Shown: one piece after another, positions 38,860 to 50,900 of the stretch | How positions within the stretch are numbered: the stretch's first letter is position 1 | How the letters are laid out: every line of letters starts with the position of its first letter | Position numbers and translations under genes: made by a program | Origin: Amoebophrya sp. A120 | Taxonomy: Eukaryota; Protista; Dinoflagellata | Assembly: GCA_905178155.1 (NCBI GenBank) | Contig: CAJINV010000005.1 | Coordinates: 5,349,038 to 5,413,037 of the forward strand | Length of the DNA: 64,000 bases | Reading direction: 5' to 3' | Notes under the pieces: generated by a model | Database searches by the model: none | The model's input: the letters and a program-made list of their open reading frames with translations, nothing else | Told to the model about the DNA's origin: nothing

Positions 38860-41039
38860 ATGTCGGCGTTTCAACCCGGTGCAGCCCCTCCTCCGCCCGG
38901 CGGCATGATGATGCAGCCTGGGGGTCCGGGTCCGGGGAACCAACCGCCCGCAACTAACGATCCAAACGCCCCTGGTGCAGTGGGACAAGACGCGTCTAAA
39001 CAACAAGACCCAAAGCCGGTGGAATCCTCTTCCAGCTTCCAGTATGTGATGGAGAAAAGATTGTGTTTATTTTCATTTCAGCATGACAAACTTCGCCTCA
39101 CGTTCCATCCTGTACTTCTGTGTACGCCATGCAGGAAAATGACCGACAGGGACGAGAGGTGTAGGTACCCCTACTCAACAGTCACATTGCGCACGACTCT
39201 GTCATGCTGAAACAGCATGATCACAGGAGAACTTCAACTTTGGAGAAGTGAGTACTACGGAAGAAGGAGTTTGTCATGCAGGAATGTTGAGAAGATCAAG
39301 ATGACCACTATCTTTTCTCTGTCACAGCCAAGTGATGGTGACTGGAGAATTGGAGGGCGCACAGCTCGGCTCCTCTGGACGCGGACCGCTGATTACGCAG
39401 GAGACAACCCTGCCGTCGACGCATGAGATTTGGCATGATGCAAGACGTCCGTCATGAACATGTAGATCGTGATGGCGCGACCTGTAGTAATGCAAAATTT
39501 GCAGGCCAGATCATGCCGCTGAAGCAGGGAAACCAAAACGGCTTGCAGTGCAACCCACGACGACCAGCAAATCTGTGTTGCGAACAACTCATCTAACCTG
39601 CTCGTCTCCACCATTTTTGCTCTTAATAATATGCAATACAATTTTGATTTTCCGTTGCGGAGGTGGCATGGTTGTATTGCATATTACTGTGCGTCTTCAG
39701 CTTCCAGTGCGGGAACGACTGGTCGGTGGTACAGGGCCACACGCAGGGAATCTATGCATTGCAAAAGTATTACAGATTGTTCGCAATTATTGCAATTCAT
39801 TGCATGACATCTAAGCATTGTAGACGAGAGTCAGCATTACAAAGTTGTCTCTACGAGCTCTGGTCCTTGGAAACGTGAACAAGAACAGTCACGATGCATG
39901 ATACATTATCCACATCACCTACTTGATGATGCAATACCTAGCAACTTCTTTTGCAAAGCATAGATTCACGCAGTTAGCAACCTCCGCGCACCCGACCACG
40001 AAGGTGTCTGGACTTTTCCACGGGGATCCACGGGAGGTAGTGTGGAATTTTCCGCTGGGCGTAACGTACAAGACCACCAACGCCTTCGGTATCCAGGAAG
40101 AAAATTGTGTTACTGTAGGTGTTTTGGAGTGCTGTCCGCATCACAAACTTGCTCCGCATGACAGAGAAAGCTTGTAATGCAGAGCTAGTAGCACGTGAAA
40201 TGAAAACACACATGAAAGGAGGACTTGCGCGGGTGTTTGGCATGACAAGTGTAACTCATTTGCATTTTCTGCATCACAGACTTACACACTTTTTTTCTTG
40301 CATATTCAGCTGGCCGCGGCTAATCGTGTCCGTGTACGGGACGGACCTGTGCAACCGGCGGGTCATCTATCCAAGAAAAAAACTGTGTAAGTGTAACTCT
40401 GTGTTGCAGAAAATACGAAACTGTTACACTTGTCATGCTGGACATGCATCAGAGGCAATTTTTGTGCGTTTTTTCATGTACTAGCTACGCATGACAGGTT
40501 TGCTGTGTCATGCAGAGCAAACTTGTGATGCTACTCCTCCAAGAAACTTACACTTACACAGTTTTTTTCCTGGATATCATCAAGGGCTACGGCAGCATCC
40601 ATGTCCCGTGCTCCCCCGGGAGACACGAAAGGATCATCCGTCTGTTCCGACCCATTTCTTCGTAATAACTTTTCCCTAGAGCAAGAAGCTGTAAATATGT
40701 TGGGGTTATGGTAATCCTTTGCGAGATGGAGTATCTGGATCCGATTGTTGAAACTTGGTGCCCGCCTACGCGGAACAGAGATTCTCGGCTTTTTGAGTTG
40801 TCATTTGTGATCTAAAAAACGGCCATGCGACACTCTCTAAAAAAATCCACAGGTCATGGCTGGTCCGTTTCCTGGGTTGGCTTTTGGGATCTCCGGCGCA
40901 ATTCGTGGATCCGAGGATTATCGGCGGGACAGACGGGAGAGAGGTAGTGCGGGTGCAGTCGGGTGGGAAAGTAAAGGTGGTTTTTAACGTGTTGTCAAAA
41001 GGGCACAAGGACTTCAATTACGACTTAGGGGGTGCGTGA
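38860..41039 (+). CDS. B9D1: B9 domain protein 1 (ciliary transition zone, MKS module); 7 exons
   Basis: Reconstructed: [76 protein letters not shown]; five TIR elements plus GT-AG intron 40662-40852. Confidence 0.88.
39043..39326. mobile_element. TIR intron element (singleton, eroded)
   Basis: tgtgatggagaaaaga / tcttttctctgtcaca; DR tccag/gccaa. Confidence 0.7.
39394..39683. mobile_element. TIR intron element (singleton, eroded)
   Basis: acaaccctgcc / ggcatggttgt; starts TAC; DR ctgat/ttact. Confidence 0.6.
39753..39962. mobile_element. TIR intron element (F2-like)
   Basis: tatgcattgcaaaag / cttttgcaaagcata; DR gaatc/gattc. Confidence 0.8.
40090..40304. mobile_element. TIR intron element F4
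   Basis: DR ttcgg/ttcag; joins AFG-WPR. Confidence 0.88.
40368..40576. mobile_element. TIR intron element F4 (inverted relative to 40090)
   Basis: DR tcatc/tcatc. Confidence 0.9.
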
Positions 41040-42170
41040 GAAAAAAATCAAAAAAGGGAAAATCAATAAACGAGTCTGTTAGAACGTAAAATAGGCAGCT
41101 TTGATACTTCGAGTCCAAAATGTAGTCAATTTTTGGGGGTACCTAGAATTTAGTAGATTTGCTTTGATGCAAGCGCAGCGCGCAAATAGAAACTACACCG
41201 TGATACTCTTGATTGATGAGAGTTTTTAATATACCATTTCCAATCGGAACAACGAGTAATACACCACCAGCCATTTCTTTTTCTACTCTACACTACTCTT
41301 GGTTTTAAAAGGCAAAGAGCAACCAAGAGCCGCACAAAGACTGCGGAAAGGATGAAAAAACAATTGATGGATCTTCCAACCAGGAGGCAGGAGCTACTTG
41401 TTGGGAGGTTTTGTCAGGACAACAAGCGGACTGCAGCATCATTCTGCACTTTTTTTTGAAAAAACGGTTGAACAACCAGCAGCAGCAGCACAGACTGCTA
41501 TAACCGGCGAAACAACATTTTTCCTGCGCCCAAGAGTGAAGAGTCTCCTACTTGTTCTCAGTGTCTTCAGTAGCTGTGTACACAGGCCCGGCTGCGTAGA
41601 ACAAACTTACTTAGAGTACTCTTCCGGAAAAGAAGAAGAACTTGCGCGGCCACAGGAGCCGATTCGGAATTTGATCCTGATCTTCACACGCAGCTCTGCA
41701 CAGAGCCGCAAATTCATAGAACTGTGGTACAACTTGGACGCTGAAACGAGGCAATACAGGAAGATCTCCTTGATCAGAGACAGTGTGGATCATCATCATC
41801 TTCAGGACTAAGAGAGAAGGTAATATCTGAGAGTCAGCATGATCATGGCCATAGATTATAATTGCCCCGCATGAAGACCATGATGGGGCCTAGCACGACG
41901 ACGCTCCTCTGTTGGATCAGACGAGTTGTGGGGAGCGACTCCACGGCGAGTTTAACCTCTGTGAAGATGATGCTATTTCGGCTATACTTAGATCTTGACC
42001 TTGTGCAAAAAAATCTAAAAGGCCACGCATGATTATTGCGACTTTCATATGATCAAAGACCACACGAACAAGCCTCCCTACCTCCGAGGAACTGTCAGAA
42101 GGGTTTGATAAGTAAGTACTTCTACTTAGATACCTGCTCCACCTCCATTACGGACTACATCATCTACAAG

Positions 42171-45100
42171 ATGCCGTCGCCTTGTTCGCGGCATTTTTGT
42201 CGTGCCGGGCAACCACTCTCCTTACACGACCTGTTGCTCGTTCATTTTTTCTACTCGTTTTTGTTCTTCGGCAGCTTCGACGCACTCACCCCTTGGAAGT
42301 CGCCCGTGTTCATCTTCTCGGTGCCGTTCTTCGCCGCCGGCGCAGCTCAAGAAGATGCCACTACACTAAGGCGCCGCAAGACTGGAGATGATGTCGTGCA
42401 GGATCATCTTAATGCTGCAAGACGACTGGAGGCGGAAGCGCAAGTAGTTGCAGCAGGAGCAGCTGCACCCCCACTGATGAACATGTACATGGCGGCACAA
42501 CCCGCGACGAAGAACCCATGCGAGCTCGCAGCTGACGCTGGACAGGATGGAGCAGGTGGAAGTACGACAATATCCCCAGCCGCAAAGCAGGCCGGTGTGG
42601 ATTTGGACGATTTGAAGAACCCAGAAGTCGATGCTGGCGCGTGCATAATATGAGAGTGCACAACTCCCCCTCCCCCTCATTAGTATTGCATGAACAGCAA
42701 TACAAGCACCAGCACACGTGGCGCCTGTGCATGACAAATTCACGTGCCTAGTGTAGTAATGTTTGGGCTTCGGGAATCTGTGATGCAAACAGTACCAAAG
42801 GGAGGCGCTTGGATTTCGAGTTTTGCATGACAAATGAGGGGGAGGGGGACTTATGCACTCTCATACATAAACGCCGCGTACTCCACGATCTTCGACGAGG
42901 AGAGGCACGGCGGAATATCCCCTGAAAATGAACCATCCCCATCCAATTTCTCATGCAAAACATGAAGGAAATTCTCTGTTTGTCATGCAAAAAATGGATG
43001 GGGATCATGGTTAATTTTCAGGAAATAGGGAAACCGAAATGCTGCTAGTCACCTCTGGGTGAGCTGGGCCACCGAAAGACTGCGGAACAAGGAGGTCGAC
43101 TTCGATCGGTGGCTGGACTTGATGCGGAATTTCTGTCCGGTGTCGGGTTCACCACTGGGCGGCGGCGGGAACGTGATTAGATGGAATAGCGTACCACAAG
43201 AAAAAGTGTTAACGTTAACGGAATTTGTCATGCAGTAATGCATCAGAAAAGGTGCCCACATTTGTATTGCGTAGCATGCATGGAAGGCAAAATTTGTAAT
43301 GCTTAGCTGCCAACTGTGAAAACCGTTAACACTCTTTTGCTTGATATAGCGGGCCCCAGGACCGACACCGCCTGCGGTCAGTCGCCAAAAGCGATACAGT
43401 ATGAACTGCAAATAAAGTATCGTACTCGTGGCAATCGCATTTATGCATGCCAAATCTCTTTTTCAAGGTAAATCAGCATGAAAAATTCCATTTGTCATGC
43501 TGAGCAAATTTGTAATGCGCTTACTACAAGCTACGATGCTTTTGCACTTCATATACAGACGGGCAGGCCATTCCGCCGGGAGAAACGCACCACTGTTGCG
43601 TTCTATGAATTGCAAAAATGTCTAGGTCTGGAAGATTGCAGCTTGTCATGGTAAATCTGAAGCATGCAAAAGTCTGTGTTGCATGAGTTCCAAAAGCTGT
43701 CCACTTTTGACCAAGTTGGAACGGAGTTTCTCATGCAGAAAAGGCATGGCAGAGGCCTCGCAGAGTCTGCCATGCTAAGTCCCGCATTCCAGACCTCATG
43801 GGTCATGGAAAATCTGCATGACAAGTTGCAATCTTCCAGACCCAGACATTTTTACACTTGATACGTTCCCTGCGTCTGCGATATGGACACGCACGTACGG
43901 GTGGATACCTGGGTATGGAAGCGTCAGGTTTGAAATCGTCAAAGTTGAAATAATTTGTAATGCATAAAATGCATGACCCGCGGCACGTGTGTTGCAGAGC
44001 AGGCAAGTGAGGCCGATTGTAAGCCTGTTTGGGGTTACAGCTCGAGCTGCTAAAGTAGCATGAGAAAGTCGCCCTTCTTTGCCTAAACAGCATGACAGAG
44101 TGGATTTAGGGACCACCGAAATTTGTCTTGCGCCACTTGGAAACTGGGTTCGTTCCAAGTGGCATCCATTTTATGCATCACAAATCATTTCCACTTTGAG
44201 GATTTCCATTCTGAGGGTGTCATACTGGGTTCCGAAAGACAAAAACCAGCAAAGTCTGATCCCGGCGGACTACAAGGGCGGGCAGGTGGAAGGAATATGC
44301 ATTGCAACAGTATCGTACTGGTAGTATGAATCGCATTACAAATTTGCTCAACATGACAAATCATGGAACTTGTCATGCTAAACTACCTAAGAACAAGAAA
44401 CCAGGCTTGTCATGCTAGTTTGGCATTTAAGTATACGAATACGATACTTTTGCAGTGCATAAGGAAATCCCCTCGCGAATTCGGAGTTGGTACTCTACGC
44501 ATTGGTGATCCGGGACCCGTGCGCGGCGCATTCGGAGCAGTCACACGCAAGGAAGAAGCTGCATTGGCTCACTGGAGATGGCGAAGATGATGAGAAGAGC
44601 GAGACGAGCAGTAGTACAACTGCAACTGGTAGTGGCACGACTTCTTCTTCGCAGAACAATAAAAACCATCGAAAGGCTACGGAAAATAAAGTGGAAGAAA
44701 AACTGGACGTCATGATGGCAATGGCAGGAACATCATCTTCAAAAAAGCAGTACAGCCCGGCTCCGGCGATCCTCTGCGAAGACGATGCGAAAAACCCGGG
44801 GAAGAAAGGTTTAGAACCAGAAAAGACGGAGAGGAGTGAAAACGGTTTTGTGGTCATTGGCCTGTACTTCCCGACAAGTTCCTCTTCTTCTAACAATGCT
44901 GCAGCTTCCTCCACAGGTACTAGTACTAGAGCCGACGGTGGTGCGGGACGAGTGGCGGATGATGCTTCAAGGACCGCAGACGAAGCTTCGAGTGTGGAGG
45001 AATGTCAGCAGCGGCAAGCCGGGGGCTGTGCCACCAGCGGCATGGGAGCCATTTTCATTCAGGCCGCCTGCCTCGGTTTTGCGCCTGACGCACAGATTAC

Positions 45101-47134
45101 CGCAACAATCGCAGACGATTTTTGGACCATGCCGAAAGCACAATGTGAATCCAATCTAGCCGACAAGTGTTTCGACAACAAGAAAGAGGGCCAAGACAGC
45201 GGCTCTCAATTTCTGGAACTAGACCACATGAATCTGGCTAGCTACCACATCGCTGGGAGGGCGCATCTGGTAAAAAAAGGAGGATATTTTGTTTTATTTC
45301 GCGTGATGTCCTGCTGGAGGAGTGCTTCGACTTCACATATTACGGCACAAAAATTGAAATTCTGCCTTGCATATTGTAAGTACATAAATTATGAAAATCC
45401 GATCAACCTACAAACACACGACGACCACCAGGTGTACCAAAGCACTCCTTCCCGTGCCACTGTCGTTCTTCGCGGAAAATCTTCTACGCAAAGCAAGACA
45501 CTCGTCGAAACACAACTCGCCCAAGCGTCGTCGTTGTTGCAGGACCGGACATTGTTGAAAGAGCATCGCGTACGGAAAGAACTTTCAGAAAAGAAGATGG
45601 CGACCCGCTATCCAGGGCGGATTCGGACGAACATACAGAATTCCAACCCAGAGACGCCCGCCAGTGTGGTGAGAGGGGAGACGAAACTGGCGAAGGAACA
45701 TGAAAATAAATACGAGAAGGCGATGACCACAGGGGGACCCCAAGCCGAAGCAATAAACCAGCAAGACGCTCCTGCCGGAACATCAAGTGGTGACATCAAG
45801 GAAAACGAGTTTCTCCGAGGACGTAGAGGTTTGGCGAAGGACACAGTTCTTAGGAGTGGCTTCGACATCAAACAAGATGCCCGCCATCACGACGACGACC
45901 TCCGTGTCCGTGCAGCGGAGTATGATGCAAAAGAATACTATGCGCAACCTGCCTCCACCTCATCCAGCGACACCCGCAGCACCTTTTTCCACGGAGTGAA
46001 AACAAGCCTCCCCGCTTACTGGCTGCGGTTCCTGACGAGGTCCGGAAATAAGAACAAGCATGAAAACAACGAAGAGCACCAGAACAACAAACAGAGACAG
46101 AGAGCGACCTCTTCTGCCGAGGACAAAGTAGATCTTCATAGAACTTCCGCCTCTATATCGTATCTCCACACCCTCGTCTACTCTCTCCCTACCGGCTGTG
46201 GGACGACGACCAATTCGGGCGAAACTACAACTCTCGAGCAACAAGCTGCCTGTTTCGAGAAGTTCACAAAACAAACCCTGACACCGACCCTGAAGAACCA
46301 TTTATTTCCATCTGACGGAAATAAAGTAGCGAAGGAAGCGCTGGAGAAGGTGTTTCTGCTGTTCGACGAAGGTGGATCGTCTTCAGCAGGCGCTGGTGAC
46401 CGTCGAGTAACTTTCCGCGTTTTGGAATTAGACGAGGAAATCATGTTTGGGGATGCAAGCAAAGAGTTATGAAATGCAAATATGTCTGGGTCTGGAAGCA
46501 TGGAACTTGTCATGCTGTTTTTGGACTCTAAAAAAATTTGTATTGCATGACCAGCAAGAGGGGCACAGTTTGTGCTACACGGACAGGTGCATCAGGAAGC
46601 CCTCTAAAAGTCTGCGATGCTAGGTCATGCATTACAGGCGTCATGGGTCGTGAGAAATATGCATGACTAATCTTGTGCTTTTCTTCCAGACCGAGACACT
46701 TTTGCAATTCATAAGAGTTGTTCATGAGCAACCTTTATGTACAACCGGAAGGCAGCAGCACTAGTGGTCCCGGCGATCCAGCTTTTTTTCCTCCATCCAA
46801 CACCGACGATTCTTCCTCCGAAACCGAGAACACGTTCCTGTTGCTCTTCTTCATCGTCGCAGCCGGGCTCGGCCTGTACGGGTTGCTACGGCGACGGATG
46901 CTGAACATCGGGAAGATGAACGTGCGAAGATCTACTTCAAGCGGGCAGTTGGCCGGGACTTCGAGCAGCGCAAAGTCTCCTTCCTGTGCTTCCAAAAGCA
47001 GTGGAGAATCGAGCACTGCGCCCATGGTCGTGCAGATGAAGAAGACGAGGAGCAGCAGCGGTGCTGCTGGTCGAGGTGGAGCTGGTTCGACAAGTAGCAC
47101 AGGCGCGTCCGTTATTGGGCGTCGCGAGGAGTAG
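42171..47134 (+). CDS. Cys-rich type-I membrane protein, paralog A; 9 exons
   Basis: Hydrophobic N-terminus; GNRNAASHLW, NFCPVSGSP, HHCCVPCVCD, YALVIRDPC, NGFVVIGL, SGMGAIF; C-terminal TM FLLLFFIVAAGLGLYGLL-RRR; eight elements removed in frame. Confidence 0.8.
42649..42865. mobile_element. TIR intron element F1
   Basis: DR cataa/cataa. Confidence 0.9.
42916..43027. mobile_element. TIR intron element F5
   Basis: DR cggaa/gggaa. Confidence 0.85.
43192..43346. mobile_element. TIR intron element F7
   Basis: Starts TAC; DR tagcg/tagcg. Confidence 0.88.
43400..43553. mobile_element. TIR intron element F2
   Basis: DR tacag/tacag. Confidence 0.9.
43604..43863. mobile_element. TIR intron element F3
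   Basis: DR cgttc/cgttc; joins HHCCV-PCVCD. Confidence 0.92.
43914..44224. mobile_element. TIR intron element F9
   Basis: DR ctggg/ctggg; closely similar to 58097. Confidence 0.9.
44296..44461. mobile_element. TIR intron element F2
   Basis: DR aggaa/aggaa. Confidence 0.9.
46468..46713. mobile_element. TIR intron element F3
   Basis: DR agagt/agagt; joins KE-LFM (uninterrupted in paralog B). Confidence 0.9.
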
Positions 47135-47959
47135 CAGGGGTTGAAGCGGGTGGAGTTGTGAAATGAGGATTGAGGCGCAGCAGCAAATCAAAAACAGTGG
47201 AAGATGATGAATAAACGAGATCGAGATATTGAAAGAAATGATGCGTACCAAGTATGATCATAAATGATCGCTCCCTAGTACTACTACAGCCTTGTTTTTA
47301 GTGGGGACCGAAAGTAGAAGAAGATATCGAGAAGCATGTTGTTTGTGTTTGTAGATTTTGGTCCTCGTCCAGGACACACAAGGCGACAAAACAAGGCCAA
47401 CAGATGAACGGCGGACACAGAAGTTTTAGCGCAAGCGAAGGGTGTATGAATGTTGTGGTCACGCGGCCATGCATGCGTCGCTGTTGTGCTCTTGTCACCG
47501 CGCAAGCGCAACAAAATTGCAATTTTTACTAGGTAAACAACGTAGTTTTGATTTGAAAGCTGCCTTGGGAACAAGTAAGTAAGTAGATGCTCCAGTCTGG
47601 TGCGCTAATCAATCCTGCTCCAGGCCGCGCTTCCAGCGAACAACAGAAAACCAAGAGCCTTAGCAAGGGCTAGGTACAACCAGATAAACGAAGCAAGAGG
47701 GTGGAGGAGGAGGAGAGACAGAGCGAAGAAATGAGCACAGCCCCTGTAAATATCGGGGAGCAGGAGTGCCAGTAGGTGTGTATGGTAGAGGACGAGTGGG
47801 CCGCCGCGGTCTGGACACCATGCAGGCGAGACCTGCCCACCTGCTGTGATTATTTATGCGTTTTACGGGCAGCTGCACATGCTACGCCGTGCTTACCAAG
47901 GTAGTATGTAACAAAGTTGTCCTTATTTTGTTTCCAGCACCGCGCACGGGCACGACATC

Positions 47960-50900
47960 ATGTCGCGGCATTCACGGCACATCCCGTCCTGGCTCGTCTC
48001 GTTGCCGTTTGCCTTGCGTCATGAGCTCCTGTGGTCTCGACAGCTTGTCTATCCAGGAGAAAACACCCATCCCCAACCAATTTTTGCATGACAAACACTG
48101 GAGCTTGTGCATGTTTTGCATGACACATTGGATGGAGGTGGGTGTTTTTGTCTGGATATTGTCGCCGCGCAGGACGACCGAGTGGTGGTGGAGCCCAAGA
48201 CAGGCTCGGCGCCGCCAGAGCAGCAGGCCGGCGGTGCTGGATCTGCACCTGAGCCACAACCAGAAAAACTCGTGCTCGTGGATGCAGGAGCGGAGGCGAA
48301 AAAAAGGGCGGAGCTATCCGTTGTGGATTTGAGTACAAAAATCACATTCACCGCAGCCACGTGCTCAATTTGCAAATGCAATTCGCAATCGCAACGCCCG
48401 CGGAAGATCAAATAAACGAAGCAAAGTAGTAAGTACGTAGTTGAGTTCAGATTTCATCGCATTGCAACATTGCAGATTGATGCGAGGTCGTTGCGGTGTA
48501 ACCGTGATCCCGGTTTTCCCCTGGAGAAGAATGCGACCAAGCGGGTTTCACCAACGACGCCACTGGAGAGTGCATCAGCCAGGGGTATGACACAGTGTTC
48601 GACACTATCACAGCAAAAAGTGTCAACGTTAACTGCATTTGTGATGCAGTAATATGCATCACAAAACCTCCTGCCCAAAATTTGCCATGCATAGAATGCA
48701 TGCTAGGCAAAATTTGCCATGCATATTTGCAATCTATGAAAACCGTTAGCGTTTTTGTTTGATAGACACCGCGCACGGCAGCAACCGCAACGCCGCCTCG
48801 CACTTGTGGGTCTATCCTGTGCAAAAGTATCGTATTCGTATTGCAAATCTTGCATTACAAATCTTTTTGTTAACTCAAATCCGCATTACAAAATTTATTT
48901 CTCATGCGGAGAAAATTTGTAATGCATTCATACGAATGCGATACTTTTGCAGTTCATAGGGTCACCTATCTGACAAACAAGTTTCGGGACGAGACCATCG
49001 AGTCGGCGGAGGTGTATCTGCGGCAAATGACGAACTTTTGCCCGGTGTCGGGCTCCCCGCTGACCAACGGGGGGATGCAGTTGCAGTACTCAAATTTGAT
49101 ATAGTACCTACAAGAAACTTGCGGTGACAGTAGTTCTTGGAGGAGTTGCTACTTGTGCTTCTTCTAGAGCTTCAACTTCTCCATCTCATCGTAATTTGAT
49201 GTTGTAGAAGATGATAGTAGGACAAGTCTTGCTCCTCAGAGTCAGAGTTTCGGATTGATGTTGTTGTACATCCTTTTTATCATTCTTCACCCAATGCAGG
49301 TGGACCGCGCCGGCAACCGGTTCTGCTGGTTCCTCGTCTTCCACCTACGGCATCCAACCCGCAGCGTCGGGTGTCACCGTACCCGGCGGCTACTCGCACC
49401 ACTGCTGCGTGCTATGCATTGCAAATCTGTCTGGGTCTGTGCGATATTCATATTTGTTTTTGTATTTATTGCAGCACTCGCAACATACGCATACCCCTGA
49501 TGAACCCTGTGATGCATGTTGTGGAATAGCGCCAACCCTCTGTCATGCAGGGACGCGATATCTGATGCGGGTTACGCACATCAACCACAACATAGCGGCT
49601 CATAATTTTTTTCCTCATGCGTGGCGGCGTATAATTGAAATCGGTTTGCGATGCATGTACTAGCATCCCAACTTTCACCAGACCCTGACGTATTTGCAAT
49701 CCATGCGTGCCCTGCGTTTGCGATATGAACACGCACGTGCGCGTGGATGAGTGGACGCCCAAGAACAAGGACAACGTAGCGCTGCTGAAGAACCACGGAA
49801 CGGTAAAGGATAAAGAGGCAGCTGGCACGGTGTACGCTCTTGTGATTCGGGACCCCTGCGCAGCGAATAAGAACGACTCCGCAAAAGCAAAACTGGCGAA
49901 ATTGACGGGCGGCCCCGCGCCGGCAATCATCTGCGATGGGGAAAAATTTTATGCAATACAAATTTTCCGTACATGTACAAAATGCATCACAAATGTCCCC
50001 AATTTGGAGTGTGATGAAACTTGTCATGCTAAACTAGCATCGAAGCCAAGTTTTGTCATGCAGAGACCGCATTTGTACGTCTACGTGTACAGGAAATTTA
50101 CTGTGGAGAAATTGAAGGCCGGCGAAGTGGAAACTAGCGACAACGGGTTTGTCGTCATTGGTCTCTACTACACCCAAGCCGCTGGCTATCGCAAGAAAAA
50201 AGTGTTACAGTTACACACTGTCTTGCAGGTCAAGCAAGACAGAAAAGCTCTGTCATGCCGGATATGCATAGGAGCCTCTTTTCATAGGTGTTTTCCCGTA
50301 GGATTTCTGCATTCCAGGTTTTCTCTCTCATGCAGGGACATTTGTGTTGCTGAATTGCCTACAGATGTGTAACGGTAACACTTTTTTCGTGGGATACTGG
50401 CCAGTCCGAAACTGCGGAGGCCGCGATGCCGCAGACCGAGTGCGCCGCCCGGTCCTCCGCTGGCTGTGCGCAATCCGGGATGGGAGCCATTTTTATACAA
50501 GTATTAAACTAACAGTACTAGTAAGTACACGTCGCCTGCCTTCCTGTTGTACCGGTTTTTGTGGAGGTGAAACTACAAGCGTGACAAACTAGATTACGAC
50601 ACACGTATCAAACACCGAATACTCCTTACTCATGCAAATGAACATGCACACCGAATACTCCTTACTCATGCAAATGATCATGCAAATGAACATGCACACC
50701 GAATACATCATGCAAATGAACATGCACAACATGATGGTTTCAGGCCGCCTGCTTGGGTTTCGCCCCAGATGCGAGTGGTGCTGCAACGGCACAGAGGAGA
50801 AAAGCTACAGGCTCAGACAGCTTCTGGAGCATGCCCGACGAATATGAAAGTGCACAGCTTTCCCTTCTCCTCATCTGTCATGCAAAAAAACCACCTTTTT

